Notes: generated by a model not told the origin, from the sequence alone. DNA of 64,000 nucleotides from Squalus acanthias (GCA_030390025.1 CM059432.1:147438001-147502000), one strand, 5' to 3'. Shown: positions 12,224 through 24,869, counted from the first letter of the stretch. A program made the numbers and translations.

Positions 12224-14390
12224 GGCCTAGAAATCGGATAACGGATAAAAATGGGCGGTGACACCGCGGGGCAAGGTTAACTTGCACCCGTATAAAGAGC
12301 ACAGGCAGCCCCCTTATTTGGGTGCTGCCTGCTGATTTAAATGATTGCAGTGCAGAACCTACCGTGCAATGCGTTGTTTCAGGTGGTGCGCTCAGCATGA
12401 GGCCCAATGTACTGTGGCCGTAGCGTCCCTGGAGCGAGGCAGCGTTGTCTTAAAGCTAGACTGTCATTTTAGAAAGCAGTTTCGAGCCCTTAAAGGGGAA
12501 CTGCCTTCCAAAATGAAAAAAAATAAAAGTCATTTAAAAATAGGCAGTATTTAGCCCTTAGAGTTCAACTGCCTTCTGAAAAAAGATAAACATTAAAATA
12601 ATTCCAAAATGGCAGTCTTCAGCTCTTAAAGCTGAACTGCCTTCTGCAAGTAAAAAAATGGGAAAAGTGCTTCAGCACTAACACAAAAGGCTCAACAAGC
12701 CAAGGAAGGGGCACCCAGGGTCTTGCATGTAGCACTTCAACTTTGTGCAGGTGGGTCAACACTGGAAGAGAGGCCCTCTACCCACAGGGGCCAGGAGGCC
12801 CTCCAGAAAGAACGATGTGGGACCAGATCACCGAGGCCATCACTGCCAGCACTGTCACCTCCCCAGGACCTGGCTCCAGTGCCCAAAGAAGTTTTATAAC
12901 CTCAGACCAGTGGTCAAGGTCAATGAATGCATCTTCAAAAGCCATCTCCTACCAACTGCACCACTAGCCTCACACATTGCTCAATGCACAACTCCCCCAC
13001 CATCACTCACCTACCAACAATCTTTACCAAACACAAGGCACACCTCACATTCCTAGCTTCACCTCAACCCCTTGGAGGAGACAGTGCTGGCCATTCTTGG
13101 CAGGGCATGGCTGAGCCCTTGGCCAACGGCGGGACTGAAAGAATACAAGATGCTGGTATCCTCACACATTATCCTCCTTCTCACATCCGATTTCCCCCTC
13201 ATCCCACAATCTCTTTTGAATTACAAGGTGCGCATGGTGTAAGCATACAGCCCTTGCTTTCCCACCCTCCCCTCACCATAACCCTACCCTTGTGCCTTCC
13301 TCATTTCAGACAAGAAATCCAGCCTGCCCAGCCAGTGGTTGACCAATAAGAGGGCGAGGAGAGTGCATACCCTTGTGCAACTACAAATATTTACTCTTCC
13401 TCTTCCTATCACTTCTATGTGGTGCGGTCACTGTGGTTTCAGCAGAGGGAGAGGTGGGCTGCTCAGATCCCTGCTCTGACTGCTGAGATGCTCTTGGCCG
13501 ACGTCCTCTGGGTTTTGGAGCCCATGAGGGCCCCGGCAAAGACTGCTGCACCTGCAGCAGTGCAGAGGCAGACTCGGCCATTGGGACACGAGGCAGCATG
13601 TGGGGTCCTGACTGAGAGGGGAGGGCATCGGGTAAGAAGTGGAAGCACTTTGAGCCAAGTCCCCACTTCCATATCACCTTTCACCATCATCCCTCTCAAG
13701 GCCAATCAGTAGGGTGATGAACGGCCAAGGCTAGGGTTTCATCCATCCTATTTAAGGAGGCATTCATAGTGTGCAGGCCATGAGTGAAGGCCTGGTTTGA
13801 TTGCTGCATTTGATGCTCCATGCAGTTGGCCACTCTATCCATGGATGAAGACATCATCACAGTGCGGCAGGAACACCTGCCAGTACATCGCACATTCTCT
13901 GCTGCTGCTCCAGAAGTATCCTGTTCGTCGACGGCCCCCGAGGTTCATCATCTGCGTCCAGCTGAGCAGAGCCTGGAGCGTCCTGCGGCCTCCGACACGG
14001 ACTCTCCACTGCTGTCCCCGACTCCACCATCTGCTCCTGCTCACTTGTGATGTGTGAGTCACCAGGTGAAAGCCCAACAATCTGCCTTACCGGTCCCACT
14101 GAAGTGTCAGTATCTGAGCTGGTGCATGAGTCCTGTGACTGTGCACCCTCCAGAGTGAGTGACCTCCTCAAACCACTCATCACCTTCCTCCTGCAGCACC
14201 TCCTGCAGGACGCTTGAAGTCCCTGAGGGAGATTGAAGACGTGAATTAGAACGGTCAAGGTAAGAAGGTGTTAAGTGATCAAAATTCTGTTGTACTGACT
14301 TCACTGGAACTGAATATTGTGCGGGGCGTATAACAAACGGCCAATAAACCACCACCCGCTTTGCACTACCCACAAGGTGAATTTCTGTTC
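12224..14390 (+). mobile_element. Composite Harbinger element: Myb exons 1-2 on + (12659-13365) joined to an inverted Myb last-exon fragment on - (~13380-14230)
   Basis: Starts GGCCTAGAAATCGG; + strand reads MWDQITEAITA...RTWLQCPKKFYNLRPVVK; - strand reads TSSDTDTSVGP...SPGDSHITSEQEQ...SAQLDADDEPRG, resembling the last exon at 25587-26629 and 39421-39720. Confidence 0.7.
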
Positions 14391-16264
14391 CCCTATGTCT
14401 CCAAGGGGATCTTCACTCGCCTTGATATCTAGGTAAGCTTTCAGTGGCACACCCAGGATAATGAACAGAACAACCTATTTGTTAATTATTTTCAGTTACT
14501 GTACTGGAATTATTTTATGACTGTATAGGGTCTCTACCGTCCTCAAAGAGACCTTGTTTAAGTTTAAATTATTAAGAGATTTTATTTTACAAGTACCTAA
14601 TAGTAATATAATACAGACAAATACATATATATTTATAATAGAAATCCTTCTCTTCAGCTGGCAAAAAGGAAAACAAAATGAGGTCACAAACTAATGCTAA
14701 GCAATTCTCTTGAAGAATAATTTCAGAAATGCAATAGTTTTTTTCTATTGTATTTCTTAGCACTTCAGGATCTGATGCTGGATTAAACTATTGGCTTGAG
14801 AATTCAAAACTTACTCCAAGAATGCAACGGCCCGTATTTTGCGGTCAGCAGTGAAGAAACGGTGCTCTCCGTTCACCTCGCTGGCAGCTGCCCGCGGAAC
14901 CGAGACTTGCTCCAATCCGCTGTCTGTTCCAGCACAGCGCCCTCTACAGGCCAGCTGTGGTGCCTGTGAGCAGCAAAAAGTAACAGCGTGGCTCTTCACC
15001 CAATCAGTTTGAAGAATCCTCACTGAGACACGCAGGGCATTTTTAGCTTGGGGTGGGGGTTGGGGGGGGGGTCTGGTGGGGGCTGCTGGAATGCAGTCGG
15101 GAAACCCGGGAGAACGGGTGTCACCTCATGCCCTGCCGAATTTAATGGCAGATCCTGATTAACATTTTGTTTCTCTGTTTCCTGCCCGCAGCCAGCCAAA
15201 CTGAGAGATTGGCTGGGCTGTTGGGTTGTTAGCAGTGAGGTGGTGTTGGTAGGAAGGCTGGGGATCAGAGGGGGCCGGAGATCAGGAGAGTGGGTGTAGG
15301 AAGGCCAGGTATCGGAGGGGGCCGGGGATTGGAAGGCCGGAGGGGGGTTCGGGGGCCGGGGGCCGAGGATCGGAGGCCGGAGTGGGGGTTGGGGGCCGGG
15401 GGGTGGTTTCAGAGGGCAGGGGTTGTTCAGAGGCCTCGGGGGAAGATCTAGGCCTCAGGGGGAGGTCAGAGGCCTTTTGAGGGAGGTCGGAGGGATGGGG
15501 GGGGTGATCAGAAGTGCCGCGGGGGGGGGTGGGTGAGGCAGGTAAATAGAAAGGCACTTACCTCTTGGATCCAGCAGTCCTCGCCTTCCTTTAGATGTCG
15601 GGTTCCCTGAAGCCTGGGAAACCCGGCTGCCCAGAGTTAGATTTAAATTGGTGCTTTAAAATGAGGCACACAGCCTCCTTATAATATATAAAGTGCCAAT
15701 CCACCTCCTGGGAGCGGGCTGGCCACCCGCCCCCGCCCCGCCTCCATTAAAACCAGAAATGGGTCGGGTTGGAGGTGGGTTGGGGTCGGGATTCAGATTT
15801 TTAAAACTTTAACCTCCCACCCGACCCCAACTCCTCTGTTTTTTAGGATTAAAATTCCCCCACAGAATCTAAACCACGAAATATAAAGCAGGGAGTATAA
15901 ATTAAATTTAAATCATGTACTCACAGCGAAATAAAGATTAGAAAAGACAGATGATGTTAAGAGAGATAAAAGAGACAGACAGAAAATTAAAAAACAAACC
16001 TTATTTTAATTTTTATCTTTTTAAAAATCTCCAACGCTGATTAAATTCCGAAGAAATGAGACTCCACAACTGTAAAATTCAATTTTCAGGGACAGAGAGT
16101 CGTTTGGCAGTAATTGTCACTTATCACGCCGTTAAAAATTCACTTACTGCTGAATGCCTTAGCCCTAACTTTTTTATGATGCGGAGATGCCGGTGTTGGA
16201 CTGGGGTGGACAAAAGTGAGAAGCCGCACAACACCAGGTTATAGTCTAACAGTTTTATTTGAAA

Positions 16265-16302
16265 TCACAAGCTTTCGGAGCTGCTGCCCCTTCGTCAGGT
16301 GA
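16265..16302 (-). ncRNA. Minimal hammerhead ribozyme motif (PLE family A)
   Basis: Minus strand reads TCAC-CTGACGA-A-GGGGC(AGCA)GCTCC-GAAA-GC-TT-GTGA. Confidence 0.82.
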
Positions 16303-16673
16303 AGTGAAGGAATACGAATCGGCAAAGCATATATAGACAGAGAACAATGCCTGTGCAGAGAACAATGTCAGATGACTACAGTTAATCTTTCTGACTGCCT
16401 TTTATCACACCTCGGCAGAGAAACAATCAGGTCAGTCAGGAAGGCATTATATCAAAGACAATGAGGTGGGGTCACAGGGGTGACCCCACCTCATTGTCTT
16501 AGTTGTATCTTGCTATGTCTTTGATATAATGCCTTCCTGACCGACCTGATTGTTTCTCTGCCGAGGTGTGATAAAAGGCAGTCAGAAAGATTAACTGTAG
16601 TCGTCTGACATTGTACGCTACACAGGCATTGTTCTCTGTCTATATATGCTTTGCCGATTCGTATTCCTTCACT

Positions 16674-16711
16674 TCACCTGACGAAGGGGCAGCAGCTCCG
16701 AAAGCTTGTGA
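16674..16711 (+). ncRNA. Minimal hammerhead ribozyme motif (PLE family A)
   Basis: TCAC-CTGACGA-A-GGGGC(AGCA)GCTCC-GAAA-GC-TT-GTGA: stem I TCAC/GTGA, with an AAGCTT palindrome in place of helix III. Confidence 0.82.
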
Positions 16712-17362
16712 TTTCAAATAAAACTGTTGGACTATAACCTGGTGTTGTGCAACTTCTAACTTTTTTAGACATGTTTAGTGGGTAACTAGTGGGTAAGTAC
16801 CCCAACTTCATGCCATTGCATGTATTTCAATGCTGAGTCTATCGGCGAGATTCTGTTATCGCGCAGCCTATGAAGGAGCAGGTTAACTCGGACCGCAAAT
16901 CCCGGATTTCCACGTATAACAGTACAGGTGCGTACTCCAGAAGTTGCTGTCCGATTTACTCCATAGTAATGGTGAGCGCTGACAACCTCACCGTTATTAT
17001 TAACGCAAAATCCAACCCATAATCTACAGCTCCTTAAGAAGCTAGATTGAATGACTATCAAACGCATTGTAAAATAACTGGCTCTCCAACACATAGCTGA
17101 ACAAATCACCGTTTGATTGTTTGAAAGTAGTTTGGCTCCTCCCTAAAGCTTAGCAGACAACCAACTAAACTTGGGACGTTTGTACCGAGTTATCTTAGTA
17201 CAAGATTCTGGCTGCAGCTGTCTTTTAAACTCATTGGGCTTGAAATTTCCAGGGAGGCCGAGGAGCAGCAGGCAAGGAGTGAACATTATGCCAGGCTAAG
17301 GACAATGCCAGGTGTGTGTAGTAGACGGTTCATGTGAGAATTTGTGGCGCTTTCAAAACCAT

Positions 17363-18351
17363 GGGGGAAAAATTCAGTATCGCCCTGTTTGGGGCGCAAT
17401 TATTGGCCGGGCGCAAAGATTAGCGCCTGGCGCTAATTATCGCCTCCGACTGCAAACTTGACTTTTATTGCCCCTGGAGGTGATTGGAGCGCTAAATCAG
17501 GCGCTACACATCTGTCTTAAGGCGCAAAGGCTGAGGAGCGAGGTGCTAATTCAGAGCGCTGGCGAAGCTCATGTGATGTCAGTCAGCAATGGAACACACA
17601 CACAATGGCCCCGGCCAGTTCGTAAAGGGGAGGGTTGATCTTGCTTTCCATCCACATCCTGCTCATTGCAGCCTTGAATCTCGGCCTGGAGAGACCTGTA
17701 CATCAAATCTGCTGGAAAGAACAATGCAGAGAACCAGGGAAAGAGCTCAGAGTGCAGCCCCCATAGTCTCTTCTAAATCGATACAAGGAAGGGCAAATCA
17801 AAATGAACCTGCAAAGTGTTGCTCAGTACCCAAAACTCCTTCACACAGTGTTGAATCTCTCCAGAAGTCTCTCTCTCTCTCTCAGAATGCGTAGTTCAAA
17901 AATGTCACCAACAAAAAAAGTCAAATTAAATAAATCTGTTGGACTATAACCTGGTGTTGTGCGACTTCTCATTTTTGTCCACCCCAGTCCAACGCCGGCA
18001 TCTCCACATCAAAAAAAGTCAGGAAGCGGTCGCCTTTAAATTGCGCTCCCCCAGTCCCTTCATGACTGCAAAACGCTCCCCTCAACCTGTCGTTGCTAGC
18101 GGCAGGCGGTAAGGCAGGGGGGGCCACTCAATATCCGGTCCAGGGCGCTACCGGGGCGTTGCGCACTCGACTGACGTCACGATCTGCCGGCGCAGGAGAT
18201 CGTGGCGGTAATGTTTAGCGCCGCCGCAAAATGTCTAGTTAATTTCGCGAGCGGCGCAAACATCACCGCGCCCGGGCGCTAGTTGCTTTGCGCCCCATTA
18301 GCGCCCTCTTAAGGCGCTAACGGGAGGCACAACCAACTGAATTTTTCCCCC
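17363..18351. mobile_element. Harbinger MITE family A, complete
   Basis: Perfect TIRs GGGGGAAAAATTCAGT and ACTGAATTTTTCCCCC; 3-bp TSD CAT; inverted sister copy at 45889-46782. Confidence 0.9.
17924..18010 (+). mobile_element. Short Penelope family A 3' stub inserted in MITE A
   Basis: CTGTTGGACTATAACCTGG...CTCCACATC with TSD AAAAAAAGTCA; the insertion is absent from the sister MITE at ~46215-46235. Confidence 0.9.
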
Positions 18352-18621
18352 CATGCCTTCAGGAGGCGGACCTGGCAGGGACATCCAAAATAAAAGGGCA
18401 GGGCACCAGAAAGAAGCAGAAAAGAATGGCACGCAATTTCAATGAAACCGACCTTCAGATGCTCCCAGCTGAAATGCAAAAAAGGAGAGCGACTGCTGGG
18501 TGGTCTTGGGAAGAAAACTAAGGAAAGTGTCTCATGTTCCATGTGGAGGGAGGTGGCACTGGCACTGAGTGCCATCTTCCTCGTTCCCAGAATTGCAGTT
18601 CAATGACCTGATGAGGCATTG

Positions 18622-19082
18622 TCTTCTTCTTCTTCTTAGGCAGTCCCTCGGAACCGAGGATGACTTGCTTCCACACTAAAAATGAGTTCTCAGGTGGCTG
18701 ATGAGTTCAATGCGGGACCTACAGTCCCTGTCACAGGTGGGGCAGACGGTGGTTGAAGGGGCGGGTGGGTGGGGTGCTTGGGTTGACGTGCGCTCCTTGC
18801 CCTGTTTGCGCTTGGCTTCCGCTTGCTCCCGGCGAAGAGACTCGAGGTGTTCGGCGCCTTCCCGGATGCTTCTCCTCCACTTTGTGCGGTCTTGGGCCAG
18901 GGATTCCCAGGTGTCGGTGGGGATGTTACACTTTTTCAAGGAGGCTTTGAGGGTGTCCTTGAAGCGTTTCCTCTGCCCACCTGGGGCTCTCTTGCCGTGT
19001 CGGAGCTCCGAGTAGAGCGCTTGTTTTGGAAGTCTCGAATCGGGCATGCGGACGATGTGATCCGTCCATCGGAGCTGATCGA
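18622..19082 (-). mobile_element. RTE-clade LINE 3' end
   Basis: LRWTDHIVRMPDSRLPKQALYSEL..GKRAPGGQRKRFKDTLKASLK...WESLAQDR..WR, a terminal CxxC..H..H finger, and a (GAA)n tail. Confidence 0.9.
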
Positions 19083-19304
19083 GCGTGGTCAAAGCACTGT
19101 AACACACTGGCCAATGTCCTTTTTCTTCCTTCAGCATCATCGGCACTAACACACGCTCCAAATTTAATAAAAGCACAAACAACCCTTCATCTTGCACTCC
19201 TGTTAAAGGAATGATTACCACGCGATCTTACAGTATATCTTATATCTCTCCTAATAGCAATCACTTGCATTCAGAACTTTACAACCCCTTCCTTTACTTT
19301 AACA

Positions 19305-19458
19305 TGATGTGGAGATGCCGGTGTTGGACTGGGGTGGACAAAAATGAGAAGTCGCACAACACCAGGTTATAGTCCAACAGTTTTATTTGAAATCACAAGC
19401 TTGTGATTTCAAATAAAACTGTGGGACTATAACCTGGTGTTGTGTGACTTCTCACTTT
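19305..19458. mobile_element. Short Penelope family A fold-back insertion
   Basis: Palindrome centred on AAGCTT (19397-19402); TSD TTTACTTTAACA at 19293-19304 and 19459-19470. Confidence 0.9.
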
Positions 19459-21737
19459 TTTACTTTAACAGGCTGCTATCAGCAGATCTATGACATCAGC
19501 TGCCTAATGTCACCTGGGAGATATTGCTTAATTGCTGTCTTTCACCTAATTCACTTAATCTTGTTTCAGGGGACAATTGCGTGCAATGACTGTGACAGAC
19601 AGGGGCTGGGATGGATCATTCCAGATATCAGAGAGCTAATCCCCTGCAAGGAGCAGGCCATAGAGCGGCTGTTCTAGCTGTGTGAGATGGCAAAATGGGT
19701 GGAATAAATAGTGCAGTGGGTGCGCATCTGGACAGTCATCATGGCATCACTGTGAAGCAGCACACAGCCACACCTTTACATCCTTCCCAGCCTCCTTTAT
19801 CCCAAGGGGCTTCTGCTCATCCATTCTCAGCTATGCCCTCCTATCCTGCAGGCCCATCACAGGCAGCAGAGGATGAGGAAGTGGAGAAGGAGCAGGAAGG
19901 AAGAAAATTATTTCTGATGGAGTCTGATGATCACCATGAGGGTGACGATGAAAAAGAGGATGATGATGAAGAGGGTGACGAGGATAAAGCCACAGAGGAG
20001 TCTCTTAAGAGCAAGATCTTGCCCCATGTTTCTCTGTCCCAATCCCAACTCTGGGCAACTGCAGTAATGGTCCCCAGCAGTCAGGAAGTGCGTCGGACGG
20101 TAATTGCAGTCCTACTTTTGATTTGAAAAGCAGAATTACAGCAGGCTCCAAAATGCATAAACTGAAGTTTCAAAGAGCAAAACCTTTGGCAGGTGGGGGA
20201 AAAGACCCTCAAAATCTCCCAGAAAATGAATCTCACTGCTTCAGTACTCTCATGATCCTTTAATAATTGCTATATTCACTATTGTAGGGCTTTATGAACT
20301 GTTGCTTTTTCCTTTTGCAATAAAAATGATTGAATGTTGGGTATACCTGTGGGTTAATTTATGACCTGCCAATGCCTCACTGTTATTTCACTACAACTCT
20401 TTATCTTCATGTGTCATAAAGCATAAATTCAGGGCTGTTTTTTCAGCTGTCGGGGTTTCTGGAGCTGTGTCAGCTTTTGTTAGTTTTCAAGTTTGGTATG
20501 TACGTGTACTGAATCTGGGTATAGTATAATCACTCACATACTCGAATCCTTAGAAAGTCAAGACCTCTGGAATCATTTAGGAGACAATGGAATGCCACAA
20601 TGGTTGGACTTTAGGGCCATTCTGGCTGGATGAACTAAGATTGGCTAAATGACCTTTCTGATCTATAATGATCTTTTGAGTGTGTATGAGTTTAAACTAT
20701 ATATGGACTGGAATGTGTAAGAGATTAGTCTATGTATGGAGTGTGTACAGGGACCACATTTGGCTCTGTCTTTTCCAGTTTCACACTGCATCCAGAAAGC
20801 CAACTAAGGCCCATTCAGATAAATCAGAAAATCTCACGATTACCATTCAATATTCTTGTACTTTTTTTCCCCCTAAACTACCAAGAACAGCCTTCACTAT
20901 GCTTACTGCTGTTGCTCCGTCTGAGCATTTTACTGTTCGCGGAGGATTTAGTGCAACCAGCTCTGGACTTGCAGCTCTTCTCATGATAGCCAGCTTGGGA
21001 TTAACTGGTGCGGAAAATCAATTTGGATGCTTCATGCCCAGATGCTAATGTAAAATGACACCAGTGGAAACCCGAGTTTTAAAATTAGTTCCAGCTGAAT
21101 CACTGACCCTGGTATACCCAGACTGGGCACTTTATTCTGTAGGCCGATAGTAGGGTCAGACACGCTGTCTCTGTTCATTTCCTTTAGATCAGGAAAGTGT
21201 ATCAATTGGCTAAGTCAATTATGAAGTTCCCCTTATGCTGCTGATCATGGCTGTATTGCACATTATCAAATAAATAATCAAGCAAACGCTCTTCTTCGCA
21301 TTCCACTTTTCTGATGAAAGCGTTTTTATGTCTGCCTTTAAATGGTGGTAACTGATGTCTGTTAGACCCCTGTAATCATTGGTGCAATGCTCATCTGTGT
21401 TGCTGCCATCCTCAGTTTTATGTCTATTGTTCGTATGTCAATGACAAATTGTTGGCTTAATTGCTTTGTGCGTTTGAAGTCGTGTTGTTCTCTTTTCAAA
21501 TGTCCTTTAATGTGCTCAGTATTTCTCTTCAATTCCGAGTGACAAGGAGACCTGGCGTGCAGGTTGGGGCAGATTTTGCAAGTTAGTGATCCCAGCACAG
21601 GATGCAGATTGATTTGCAACTCTCTCGATTATCTGCCAATTCCTACCAAAGATCAAAAAAATCGAGAGGGCTGTGAAAAGGGCAACACTAACCTCCATAT
21701 CCAATTGTCTGATCTGCCCTCCTGTCATAGAATCACA

Positions 21738-22460
21738 GGGGTAGAGTTTCTGGTTTGGGTGCAGTCGGGAAATTGCACCCTTTAAAATGTGCTTGAGTTT
21801 GCTCTTATAAGATTACAGTTCAAGTTTCTGCAAAAAAATACCATTTACATAATCACAAACTCCATGAACTCGTGCAATCGGCCAGCGTAATAGAACGTAT
21901 TTGTTTCTTTTCTTTCCACTAAAAGATATTCTTTGATGTATTTAAGAGTGGTAACCGAGTGCAGTTTTAATAATATGGCTGAAAATGGGTTTTAATCACA
22001 AAAAAATAGGCATTTTTAACGAGGGCGTCCAGTCCTCCACCTGTGAGTAATCTGATCACTGAAAATGACTTCAAAAACTCGACTGAACCACTTATTAGTT
22101 CCATTGTTGTACACTAGTCAGTTTCTTACTAAATTAAATATGTTTTGATATGAAAAACTTTAAAAACTTGTCTTCTAGTACCCAAGAAAGTGAGCGCAAT
22201 TTGAGGAGCCTTCCCGAACCAGCGCAACCAGTGGAATCTCGCAACTTCCACCTGGGGGCGGGGCCAGTTTTGTGGGCGGGGCCTGATACGGATGAATTGA
22301 ATCTCGAACCAGTGTAAAAGATCGCGGAAAATACTAGCGCAAATGGTTTTGGGCTTAACTCACTTTACATTTAAAATTCCCCGATATTTTTGCGCCGGTT
22401 CGGCGGATTGCGCTGGAATCTGGGCATAAAACTAGTGAAAACAAATGGAAACTCTACCCC
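21738..22460. mobile_element. TIR element of about 720 bp (Harbinger-like MITE)
   Basis: Perfect 13-bp TIRs GGGGTAGAGTTTC and GAAACTCTACCCC; TSD not clear. Confidence 0.75.
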
Positions 22461-23251
22461 ATCGAGCTTTACAATGGATAAAGAAGCCTTGTGCCAGTGC
22501 TGGCTCTCTGAGCTATACCATTAGTCCCATTTCCCTATAGCTTATACCCCTTAAAATGTTCTTTTTCATGTATTTATTCACTTCCCCACTTAAAAGCTAA
22601 TATAGATTCTGCTTCCACCACTGATTCAGGTAGAACGTTTATGTCCTAACAACAGTCTGCATAAAGAAACTACTCCTAACCTCTCACCTCATTCTTAACT
22701 CTGTCGAATGAAGTTCCATACCAGGAGTACTGACTTGTAAAATTTACCCAGTTACCTTTCACCCCACCAGCCTCCACATTCAATGGATCATCCGCCACCT
22801 CCAGCGTGATTCCACCACCAATCACATCTTCCCCTCACCTCCCCTTTCAGCATTCCGAAGGGACCGCTCCCTCCGCGACACCCTGGTCCACTCCTCTATC
22901 ACCCCCAACACCCCTTCCCCTTCGCCCGGCACCTTCCCGTGCAAGCGCAGGAGATGCAACACCTGCCCTTATACCTCCTCCCTTCCCACCGTCTAGGGCC
23001 CCAAACACTCCTTCCAGGTGAAACAGCGATTTACTTGTACTTCTGGCAATTTAGTATACTGTATTCGCTGCTCACGATGCGGTCTTCTCTACATTGGGGA
23101 GACCAAACGCAGATTGGGTGACCGCTTTGCAGAACACCTCCATTCAGTCCGTAAGGGTGACCCCGAGCTTCCGGTCGCTTGTCACTTTAATTCACCGCTC
23201 CACTCCCACTCTGACCTCTCTGTCCTCGGCCTCCGACACTGTTCCAATGAA

Positions 23252-23381
23252 TGTGAGAAGTCGCACAACACCAGGTTATAGTCCAACAGTTTTATTTGAA
23301 TAAAACTGTTGGACTATAACCTGGTGTTGTGCGACTTCTCACATTTGTCCACCCCAGTCCAACACCGGCATCTCCACATCA
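23252..23381. mobile_element. Short Penelope family A fold-back inserted in the family B GIY-YIG ORF
   Basis: Palindrome centred near 23298; TSD TGTTCCAATGAA at 23240-23251 and 23382-23393. Confidence 0.92.
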
Positions 23382-23758
23382 TGTTCCAATGAAGTTCAAC
23401 GTAAGCTCGAGGAACAGCACCTCATCTTTCAATTAGGCACTTTACAGCCTTCTGGACTCAACATCGGGTTCAACAATTTCAGACCATAACCTCTGTCCCT
23501 ATCATTTTTTTCCCTCTCTCTTACATGGCAGCTGTCTTTCATTCTGCCATTGCCATTTACACTTCATCTAGAGTCATCCTTTGTTTCTTAACTTGTCCCA
23601 TTACCATCTCCTTTTGCCTTGCACCATCATCCCTTTTGTCATTTAATCTCTCCTGCCTTCCACCCTATCACAGGCCTTCCCTTTTGTTCTTTCCTCCCCT
23701 CCCCCCTCTCCCTGCCCCTACACTTGCTTAAAAACCTGATACATCTCCAACTTTTTCC

Positions 23759-23795
23759 AGTTTTGACGAAGGGTCATCGACCTGAAACGTTAACT
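23759..23795 (+). ncRNA. Minimal hammerhead motif (PLE family B), first core base C changed to T
   Basis: AGTT-TTGACGA-A-GGGTC(ATC)GACCT-GAAA-CG-TT-AACT; the AACGTT palindrome is intact. Confidence 0.75.
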
Positions 23796-24007
23796 CTGTT
23801 TCTCTCTGCACAGATGCTGCCTGACCTGCTGAGTATTTCCAGCATTTTCTGTTTTTATACCTGTTTGGAGATAATGGGGGAAGTGTTCTCTGTGTCCTGT
23901 ATGTAATGAAATAGCAAATGTGGTCTTTATCAACAGAATCCCAACTTCATTACACACATCACAGGAAGGAAATCTACCCCACCCATCCTGTGTTAAAAAT
24001 AACATTG

Positions 24008-24869
24008 GGCCGGATATTCCGGTCCCTACAGGTGTGTACGAGGTGTACCCGTAGGGACATCGGAAATGCCAGTTTCAGGCATGCGAAGCGCATGCGCTGA
24101 TAACCGCCATTTCCAATCTGTCAAGAATGCTTCTGACAGATCGGACGCCTGCCCTGGAGAAGAGCCTCTGCGGGCGGATAGTTCCGCTTTCTGCAGAACC
24201 TCCGCCCGCAGAAAACCCTTAGGGGTAAAAATTCACTTGGTTGCGCCACCTGTTAGCGCCTTAAGAGGGCGCTAATGGGGCGCAAAGCTGCTAACGCCCG
24301 GGCGCAGCGATGTTTGCGCCGCTCGAGAACTTAACTTGAGATTGTGCGGCGGCGCTAAAACTTACCGCTGCGACCACCTGCGCGCGCAGATTGTGACGTC
24401 ATTCCATGGTGCAACGCCCTTGGGGCGCCCCGTAGCGGAAATTGAGTGGTGCCCCCTGCCTTACCGCCTGGCGCTTCCAACGACCAGAAGACTGCAATGC
24501 TATCAATCGCTGTGGGGCTGGGGGGGGCGCTATTTAAAGGGGGCCTCTTCCTGTCTTTTATTGTTGGTGGCATTTTTGAACTACGCATTCTGAGAGAGAG
24601 AGGGAGAGACTTCTGGAGAGATTCAACGTTGTGTGAAGGAGTTTTGGGTACTGAGCAGCACTTTGCAGGTTCATCTTAGAATTCTTACACTTGGTAAAAG
24701 CAGCATAAGGCCTGCTTTTACCAGGATAAGAGTTGAAAAAAGTTTTTTTAATTTTTTTTTTCAGGCATTTATCATTTAAAAATACTTTAAAAAGGTAAGT
24801 TTATTTTTAGCCCCGTAAAAAACTTTAATTACTTTTTTCAAAAAATAAAATTTTTGTTTAAAATATTTA
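24008..24869 (+). mobile_element. Harbinger MITE family B, left part, interrupted by a one-ended family A arm (24222-24676)
   Basis: Collinear with 58830-59245; the family A arm begins GGGGTAAAAATTCAC right after CCCTTA. Confidence 0.85.

Larger units (their letters stand above)
16177..16755. mobile_element. Penelope family A insertion made of inverted pLTRs (long hairpin)
   Basis: Arms ~16215-16475 and ~16480-16760 are reverse complements; the left arm has an extra tail of about 40 nt; TSD CTAACTTTTTTA at 16165-16176 and 16756-16767. Confidence 0.9.
14829..17018. mobile_element. Non-autonomous Harbinger-like element carrying a nested G-rich MITE (~15035-15861) and a Penelope hairpin
   Basis: Imperfect TIRs GGCCCGTATTTTGCG and CGCAAAATCCAACCC; AT-rich core like that of the family B MITEs. 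Confidence 0.6.
18400..20090 (+). pseudogene. Old Harbinger Myb/SANT gene remnant (exon 1 ~18400-18620, exon 2 from 19570, exon 3 from 19852), interrupted by RTE and PLE insertions
   Basis: RMARNFNETDLQML...MWREVALALSA...FNDLMR; after TTTCAG comes TIACNDCDRQGLG..IPDIRELIP; after CTGCAG comes an acidic exon. Confidence 0.65.
22756..23857 (+). mobile_element. Penelope-like retroelement family B 3' part: GIY-YIG endonuclease (stop ~23489) and pLTR
   Basis: AFRRDRSLRDTLVHS, CxRRRCxTC, FTCTSGNLVYCIRCSRCGLLYIGETKRRLGDRFAEH, VACHFN, and LGTLQPSGLN after the insertion. Confidence 0.93.
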
